From: Ostrea edulis
Taxonomy: Eukaryota
Direction of reading: 5' to 3'
DNA: 64,000 bases
Assembly (NCBI RefSeq): GCF_947568905.1
Contig: NC_079166.1
Coordinates: 28,706,001 to 28,770,000 of the forward strand
The notes beneath the pieces were generated by a model. The model did not search any database, was not told the origin of the DNA, and saw only the letters and a list, made by a program, of their open reading frames with translations. A program made the position numbers and the translations under genes. Of this stretch, positions 62,225-64,000 are shown in pieces; the first letter of the stretch is position 1; every line of letters begins with the position of its first letter.

Positions 62225-64000
62225 AGGTTACCCGAGTAAACTCAGTTGAGCTATTGCAATTGGTGTGTGTCCGTCTTCGTGTGTTGTGATATAACAATTG
62301 ATTTTTTTTTAGCTTCTTGATAGCTAGCATTCCAAATCTTTTCAAAACTCTTGCACCCCCGAGGCTTTAAAGGTGGGTCAAAAACTGCCAAAAGTTGACA
62401 AATTTTCAAAAATCTTCTCCTCTACAACAGCACATCTGTATGAAAAACGGAATGAATTGTCATTTAGAACAGGAATGCCTCTACCAAAATAGCAATTTTA
62501 TGATGCCCGGGGTAGAGATTGTGACTCCAGGGCGGGATAAACTTGTTAAATTATATTTGTGTAAAGCATTTAAAACATCTTCTTTCATGCTATTAATACT
62601 AATTGAAACAGAAAGGACATTTAAGATGAGCAGGTATCCCTAGTTTCCTGACCCCAGGGGTTGGTGTTTTAGTATTAAGATGGGACAAAATCTGTCAGTG
62701 ACTAAATATGTTAACAACTGAACTTCTTGATAACTAATATTCCAATTCCTTTCCGATTTGGTATGAATCATAATCGGTACAAAGGGGGCACGAAGTGTAA
62801 ATTTCAGGACTTTTGCACTCATGGGGCCTTTAGGACGGCGTAAAAACCGCCAAAAAGTGACAAATTTTCTTTAACAATCTTCTCTACAATCCCACATGTG
62901 TAAGGAAAACTAAATGCAGAGTGGTTTAGAGTAGGGCAACTTCTACCACAACTGTAAATTTCATGATCCCCAGTGTTGGGGTTTTGGTATTAAGGAGCGA
63001 CCAAAATGGTCAATGACTAATTGTGTTAACACACGAACATTCTCAATATCTTGATAACTATCACTCCAATTCTTTTTCAGATTTGGTATGAAACATCTTC
63101 GAAACAAGGGTGACATAAATTGTCAATTTCAGGACTCTTTCACCCCTGAGGCCTTAAGGGTTGGGCAAAAACTGCGAAACATTGACTACTTTTCAAAAAT
63201 AATCCTCTCTACAACCGCACAATTGTAAGAAACTCTAAATGCATAGTGACGTAGGGCAGGGAGACATCTACTAATATGGTAAATTTCATGATCTCCGGGG
63301 TAAAGGTTGTGACTCCAGGGCAGGGCCAAAATTGTTATGTAGTATATATGTGTAAACATTTAAAAACATTTTCTTTTATGTTTTTAATACTAATTTCAAA
63401 CGAAATAAATATTTAGAATGAGCATGTATCCCTTTACCAAAATTGTAAATTTCAATATTCCAGTGGTTTGGTATTAGGGAGGGACCAAAATCGTGAATGA
63501 TTAAATGTGTGAACAAGTGAACATTTTTGACGTCTTGGGAACTATCATTTTCATTCTTTTCAAAGTTGGTATGAAGAATTTGTTTAAAAGAAGAGTGACA
63601 TAAATTGTAAAGAACAAGGTACGATTGTATACATAAAAAGGCCCCCCCAAAATTTCTCTATAAAATATGTCTGGAATTAACCTTAATCAGCGTTTTAAGA
63701 AAGTAAAATATATGCCAGATATACTATGTCAACAAAATACAGAATGATATTCCTAATTGCATCATTGGGGATTTCAAGAAGAGGTAACACTAAGCTGCCA
63801 AAATTGCCCAATTTTCAAAAATGTAAGAAAAACTAAAAGCATAGTGATGTAGAGCAGGAAGCCATTTACCAAAAAAACCCTGTAAATTCCATGATCTTCG
63901 GGATAGGGTTTGTGATTCCAGGGCAGGATCAAAATTGATATGTAGTATATATGTGTAAACCATCTAAAACATCTTTAATGTTATTAATATTAAATTGAAA
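62225..64000 (-). repeat. Degenerate HINE-associated satellite array, runs off the window
   Basis: Recurring AATTTCATGAT.CCC.GGG...GG / TCTCTAC.AC / GACCAAAAT motifs; palindromic end and GTCC/GTGT tract near 62230-62290; a related stretch lies at ~50230-51030. Confidence 0.6.

Overview
AT-rich eukaryotic DNA, not prokaryotic. The repeat landscape points to a bivalve mollusc, probably an oyster (inference from Helentron/HINE satellites and Penelope-like, Kolobok and AcademH remnants). Host genes reconstructed from splice sites and reading frames: (1) CHORDC1/morgana, an HSP90 co-chaperone, on the minus strand, with 7 coding exons from 15752 to 887 and its 3' end apparently beyond the left edge; (2) a tandem cluster of three intact 7-exon BHMT-like Zn-dependent homocysteine S-methyltransferase genes on the plus strand (21149-28478, 30651-39726, 41828-48129). 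The rest is nested transposon debris and minisatellites. Most notable: two CHORDC1 splice sites have been amplified into tandem arrays in which every decoy site gives an immediate in-frame stop; the middle BHMT copy looks like an anti-Lepore-type chimera (promoter and exon 1 of copy 3, body of copy 1); the BHMT copies keep the Zn ligands but differ at substrate/K+ site positions; a SINE family has a structured, non-tRNA, ribozyme-like head; and a 703-bp AcademH derivative keeps the starts of both of its genes. No searches were run; family assignments rest on motif recognition.
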